From an uncultured virus (IMG/VR IMGVR_UViG_3300044912_000278) (Duplodnaviria; Heunggongvirae; Uroviricota; Caudoviricetes), in the IMG/VR virus record IMGVR_UViG_3300044912_000278: DNA of 64,000 nucleotides, one strand, 5' to 3'. Both the position numbers and the translations under genes were made by a program. Shown here one piece after another: positions 59,814-64,000 of the stretch. Within the stretch, counting starts at the first letter, position 1. The number at the start of each line of letters is the position of its first letter. The notes beneath the pieces were generated by a model. That model was not told the origin of the DNA and searched no databases. It was given only the letters and a program-made list of their open reading frames with translations.

Positions 59814-60282
59814 TTGCTAACACCATTTTCATTTCTAGTTCTGATTTAAACGGACCTTTATGTGAGTTACGTTCAATTGTAATCGCTTTAGGACAAAAAC
59901 TTTTAACCCAGCCCTTTTCAAATTTAATAATGTAATATCCTGCGCAATACAAACTTTTACTTTGATCGCTTTTAGTAAATAACGGCAATTTACGACGAAC
60001 ATCGTAAATTGCATTGTACGGTGTACAGCTAGTAGGATATCCGTAACACTCGTTTAACGTAACGGCTGAAACTTTTATATGATGATTAGACGTAAAAAAA
60101 TTAGAACCAAATTCAGATGTAAGTTCTTCTTTTTTATTAAAACATAATTCACCAGTAGTACTACTTAATATATATTGGTCGTTTTCTTTTTTATGCAGGG
60201 TTGCAATTTTCAAACCGTCTTGTTCAACAATCCAAAATTTACCATCTACGATCGGTTTAGCATAAATCTCAAAGTCTACCAT
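59797..60282 (-). CDS. Hypothetical protein
   Basis: 161 aa, co-oriented. Confidence 0.8.
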   Translation of the reverse strand: MVDFEIYAKPIVDGKFWIVEQDGLKIATLHKKENDQYILSSTTGELCFNKKEELTSEFGSNFFTSNHHIKVSAVTLNECYGYPTSCTPYNAIYDVRRKLPLFTKSDQSKSLYCAGYYIIKFEKGWVKSFCPKAITIERNSHKGPFKSELEMKMVLANAKFN

Positions 60283-60476
60283 TGATCAACACCTGTAATT
60301 TCAACAGTTTGAGTAGTAGCAATACCATTTACTACATACGGAAATGATATTCCTAGTACATAGCCAATTCCGCTTGATCCGTCGTAACACACATCAATCT
60401 TGTCTACTTCTGGAAATTTTTCTAATACTGCTAATATTTCAGTGAGTTCTTCTTTTGTAATTGTAATTTTTTTCAT
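60276..60476 (-). CDS. Hypothetical protein
   Basis: 66 aa, tightly packed. Confidence 0.7.
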   Translation of the reverse strand: MKKITITKEELTEILAVLEKFPEVDKIDVCYDGSSGIGYVLGISFPYVVNGIATTQTVEITGVDQW

Positions 60477-60478
60477 AG

Positions 60479-61465
60479 TTATGTTGTTGGGTAGTTTGCT
60501 TGAAACGGTTCTGCAAATGGTTGAATATTATCAATCATTCTTCGCATATCGTATGATTGACAAAACTTAATCATACGTGAACCGACTTGTGTAATACATT
60601 TTGGTTTAGAATTAACGCTAATTGTTTCGTTAATGATTGCGCGTACATCTTCCGGTTGCTGTGTTAGGTCGATCAACACTCGATTACGATTATAGTCATC
60701 TATCACACGATGTTCTACACCATTATGATCAGTCCATCGTTGTAATAAGAAATTATTCCACGCATATCCTTGCGTCGCACGATCTTCAAATGCTTCAGTT
60801 AATCCGATCTTCTTTTTAGTACCTTTAGTTCTAGCACCGGGATATGCTGAAAACACGTTATCACTAGTATCACCTCTTATGCATTTTTCGAATAACATCC
60901 ATTCTGGATCAAATGGCATTTTATTTTCGCCTGTTTTTTTATCTTTAACGGGTTTACCTTTTGCATCAAAATATCCTTCATGCGTAATATGATGGTCTGC
61001 TACACCGTTATATTGACTAACCGTAGGGCTAATCAATTGTTGAAAGTCAGTGTCTGTACTAACAATAACATGTGTAGCATCTGGATGTGCTTGAATAAAT
61101 CCTGCAATTAAATCATCTGCTTCTAATCGTGAATGTTGTAATACAGTACAGTTAGTTTTTTCAGTAATAAAGGTTGCAAAATCTCCATAGGCTTCCCAGA
61201 ATAGTTTGTCATCTTCTTGTTCTTTAACAGTCATAGCAGCACGAGTTACTGCTCGGTTGCGTTTATATGGTTCGTAAAAATCTTTACGCCAACTCCGACC
61301 TTCTAAACAAAAGATTACGTGTTCACCGTTAAAATCATTCCATGCTTTTTTAACACTATTAAATGTAATGTGTAACGCCATTCCGAGTTTTAAATCGGAT
61401 GTGCCTTGAACTGAATGTCGTGCGCGATAAAACAAGTTTGATAAATCGACTAAAATAAATGCCAT
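60479..61465 (-). CDS. rnh: T4-type RNase H / 5'-3' exonuclease (FEN superfamily)
   Basis: ILVD, SWRK..Y..YKRNR, EADDLIA, STDTDF.QL, GDTSDNV. Confidence 0.92.
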   Translation of the reverse strand: MAFILVDLSNLFYRARHSVQGTSDLKLGMALHITFNSVKKAWNDFNGEHVIFCLEGRSWRKDFYEPYKRNRAVTRAAMTVKEQEDDKLFWEAYGDFATFITEKTNCTVLQHSRLEADDLIAGFIQAHPDATHVIVSTDTDFQQLISPTVSQYNGVADHHITHEGYFDAKGKPVKDKKTGENKMPFDPEWMLFEKCIRGDTSDNVFSAYPGARTKGTKKKIGLTEAFEDRATQGYAWNNFLLQRWTDHNGVEHRVIDDYNRNRVLIDLTQQPEDVRAIINETISVNSKPKCITQVGSRMIKFCQSYDMRRMIDNIQPFAEPFQANYPTT

Positions 61466-61473
61466 TGTGTCCT

Positions 61474-61635
61474 CTATTGTTGAAAGTTAAAAGTATATTC
61501 CGGTTTGACTATAAACTTTGCTTCCCACCCGTTAACAGTAGGCCTAACATATTCTAATTTAATAGTAGGATTGTTATATAATACATCATAATTGCCGGGT
61601 AGTTGTTTAGTTGGGCCTGGTCCAAGTGTTCTCAT
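61474..61635 (-). CDS. Small hypothetical protein (53 aa; below ORF-track cutoff)
   Basis: MRTLGPGPTKQLPGNYDVLYNNPTIKLEYVRPTVNGWEAKFIVKPEYTFNFQQ*; fills the gap; AGGT SD. Confidence 0.6.
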   Translation of the reverse strand: MRTLGPGPTKQLPGNYDVLYNNPTIKLEYVRPTVNGWEAKFIVKPEYTFNFQQ

Positions 61636-61643
61636 GTTGTTAC

Positions 61644-62093
61644 CTATTGTGTTTTATTAATTTTAAGAAATCCAAAATCTTGATCAGATACGTCAATTCC
61701 TTCGGCTGCAGCAGCATTGTAACAGATATCTCTATACCAACGACCTACAATTTCATCTTCGGGATCACCTTCGTAACCGTATCCATCTTGTTTTAATTTT
61801 TCAACCCAAAACTCATTCCAGTCAAGTTCAAAAAAACCATTTCTAACATTTTGTTTATTAACCTTAAATCCGATCACATCGACCCACGGTTCTTTCTTTA
61901 ATGTAGCAATTTCTTTTGGAGTAAGAGGCGTTTGAACAACTTCTTCTTTAACTTTAGGTTGTCTTACTTTACGTTTTTTAATAGCTTGTTGTTTAGATAA
62001 TTGTGCTTCTTTTAATTGCTGTTGCAATGCCAACTCATCATTACGATCACCGAATAATTTTTTTATAATTTTTTCAAACATTATGTTCCCCAA
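61644..62093 (-). CDS. Hypothetical protein
   Basis: 149 aa (KEPWV, GFFELDWN); true start possibly ATG at 62081. Confidence 0.75.
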   Translation of the reverse strand: MGNIMFEKIIKKLFGDRNDELALQQQLKEAQLSKQQAIKKRKVRQPKVKEEVVQTPLTPKEIATLKKEPWVDVIGFKVNKQNVRNGFFELDWNEFWVEKLKQDGYGYEGDPEDEIVGRWYRDICYNAAAAEGIDVSDQDFGFLKINKTQ

Positions 62094-62920
62094 CCGTTGC
62101 CAAATAGTGGAAGATGTAGCCTATCACTATATCGCAATCCATATTTTAATGCAAGTTCTGCTACTGCTTTGTTGTTTAAATGATAAACATCTTCAACACC
62201 GCCAACTGGCATTAAATAAACATCACCTCTAAAACCAGCTGCTCTATACCATTCTAATGCTTCTAGAGCTTCAATAACATCTTCTTTAGTTGCAACTACA
62301 AATTTTAAAAATGAACCATAACTTGATAGTTGGTACTCAGTTACAATTTCAGGACAAATTGCCTTATCTTTTAGTTCTCCGCTTACACTTAGCTTAGGAC
62401 TAATTGAAAATGTTACTTGATATCGTCTTTTTCCAAATATGTAATCTTCTAATTCTTCTGATAATACTTGTGTGCCGTTAGTTTCAAACGTAATGTTTTT
62501 TAAGTCTTCTAACTTTGGATGATTTAACAATTCTGGATATATCTTTTGCCATCCAGGTAACAATGGTTCACCTCCTGTAATTACTAAGTGTACATTACCC
62601 CATCTTTTATTAGGTAGCAGATTAATCATTTTATCTGCAATTTCATCGATAGTCATTATAGGACTTAACTGTTTAAATTTTGGATGCCAGCTTGCATAAC
62701 TGTCACACCCGGTAGTTACTAATGGTAGTTCATCATATGAATGATATTGTATACCATTATTAGCAATTGCATCTGCTTGTACACTTAGTTCACCTTTAGG
62801 CATACCAAACCCTCTACAAGAAAAATTGCACCCAAACGTTCTAAGGAACACACTTGGCACTCCCATAAATCTACCCTCACCTTGTAATGAGTAAAATATT
62901 TCTGATACTTTAAGTGTCAT
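62081..62920 (-). CDS. queE: 7-carboxy-7-deazaguanine synthase (radical SAM)
   Basis: SEIFYSLQGEG, FLRTFGCN, VITGGEP, ETNGT, ISPKL; near folE. Confidence 0.9.
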   Translation of the reverse strand: MTLKVSEIFYSLQGEGRFMGVPSVFLRTFGCNFSCRGFGMPKGELSVQADAIANNGIQYHSYDELPLVTTGCDSYASWHPKFKQLSPIMTIDEIADKMINLLPNKRWGNVHLVITGGEPLLPGWQKIYPELLNHPKLEDLKNITFETNGTQVLSEELEDYIFGKRRYQVTFSISPKLSVSGELKDKAICPEIVTEYQLSSYGSFLKFVVATKEDVIEALEALEWYRAAGFRGDVYLMPVGGVEDVYHLNNKAVAELALKYGLRYSDRLHLPLFGNGWGT

Positions 62921-63360
62921 TTGTTATCCTGTGTTAATTGTTTACGAAACTCGTAGCAATCTTTAACTGCAGACGTTAATGCGTCTGCATAATTTAATGT
63001 TTGTTGTTCAGACATTATAGTCGATTGTTGATATTTAAGATAACCATCAAACCACAAATTCCATGTAATTTTACAACGATGATGAAATCCATTAAGAAAA
63101 CTTAATGTAGTATATGCAACCGTACTTAAAAATACATTTTTGATTTTATAAGTTTCTGCAACATCGAATGGTCTATCCCAATATGCAGTTTTTTGTGTAG
63201 TAAAGGTAGTTACTGTAACATTAAATTCATCAGCTTCTACCATAAACTCGATATCATCATCTTCGTTACCGCATTTGCATTTAATTGCATACATTTTACT
63301 ATCACCCCAGTCATTTGTTTGCATAATGCCTACTGCTGGAATTTGTGGTGTTAATTTCAT
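62917..63360 (-). CDS. Hypothetical protein
   Basis: 147 aa with CxC, between folE and queE. Confidence 0.75.
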   Translation of the reverse strand: MKLTPQIPAVGIMQTNDWGDSKMYAIKCKCGNEDDDIEFMVEADEFNVTVTTFTTQKTAYWDRPFDVAETYKIKNVFLSTVAYTTLSFLNGFHHRCKITWNLWFDGYLKYQQSTIMSEQQTLNYADALTSAVKDCYEFRKQLTQDNK

Positions 63361-63368
63361 AAATCTCC

Positions 63369-64000
63369 TTATTTGTTTACAATACTCATAAATTCTGCAC
63401 GAGTAGTTGGATCGTTTTTAAATGCACCACCTAACTTACTAGTAATAGTAGTGCTACCTGTGTCTTCTACACCTCTTGCGGCAACACAATAATGTTTTGC
63501 ATCGATAACTACTGCAATATTATCAGTATCTAAGATGTATTCTAATGCGTGGAATACTTGTTCTGTTAATCTTTCTTGTACTTGTGGACGTTTTGAAAAG
63601 TATTCAACTACGCGGTTAATTTTGCTTAGACCAAGTACAACGTCGTTTGGAATATAACCAACTGTTGCAAATCCATCAATTACTACAAAATGATGTTCGC
63701 AATTACTTTGCACGTTAATGTTGCGTTCAATTAACATTTCATTGTACCCCATTTTATTTTGTATAGTAGTACACTTTGGAAATGCGTCATAATCAAGGCC
63801 CCAAAATATTTCGTTAACGAACATTTTTGCAACTCGTTTAGGAGTGTCTGCTAAACTGTCATCTAATAAGTCTAACCCTAATGTTACCATAATATCATAA
63901 AACTTATCCTGAATGATATTAATTTTTTCTGATGTTGTTAATATTTTTTCAGTCACTGGTGTTTCAACACCTAAACTTACTAAATGATTGTGTATTGCTA
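63369..64000 (-). CDS. folE: GTP cyclohydrolase I (5' end outside window)
   Basis: DTPKRVAKM, SNCEHH, GLSKINR, RPQVQERLT, HYCVAARG; frame stays open to the window edge (AIHNHLVSLGVETP), so GTG 63956 is probably not the start. Confidence 0.96.
   Translation of the reverse strand, partial: AIHNHLVSLGVETPVTEKILTTSEKINIIQDKFYDIMVTLGLDLLDDSLADTPKRVAKMFVNEIFWGLDYDAFPKCTTIQNKMGYNEMLIERNINVQSNCEHHFVVIDGFATVGYIPNDVVLGLSKINRVVEYFSKRPQVQERLTEQVFHALEYILDTDNIAVVIDAKHYCVAARGVEDTGSTTITSKLGGAFKNDPTTRAEFMSIVNK

Noticed and set aside
61611..61796. 61-aa plus ORF
   Set aside because: Antisense to the minus-strand operon; the gap is better explained by 61474-61635 (-)
1..64000. Stop-codon reassignment as in some jumbo phages
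   Set aside because: Standard code gives full-length, densely packed genes, and TAA, TAG and TGA all end genes

Overview
This window is a 64 kb, AT-rich segment of a large T4-related myovirus (jumbo-phage-like) read in the standard genetic code. Minus strand, 1-9.9 kb: head module (gp23 major capsid, 3'-truncated; gp22-like scaffold; gp21 protease; acidic core protein; gp20 portal) and a tape-measure-like gene. A divergent gp26-like gene follows, then a 690-bp non-coding island, RNase HI, a Holliday-junction resolvase, gp46/gp47 separated by an HNH-like gene, and a gp55-like late sigma factor. Plus strand, 18.9-54.1 kb: baseplate and fibre operon including 4355-aa and 2730-aa proteins. Minus strand, 54.2-64 kb: thyX, a VWA/MoxR pair, T4-type RNase H, queE and folE. 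Consensus sigma70 promoters and T4-like late (A)TAAATA motifs are visible. Two signals are not explained by the ORF track: (1) a textbook -1 ribosomal frameshift cassette (slippery heptamers plus a 12-bp stem) that would fuse gp26 to a downstream gp51-like frame; (2) a ~430-nt hairpin-dense non-coding element behind a perfect TATAAATA promoter, between RNase HI and an AT-rich repeat tract (candidate large ncRNA and/or RNA-primed origin). All protein calls come from motif recognition and synteny, not database searches.
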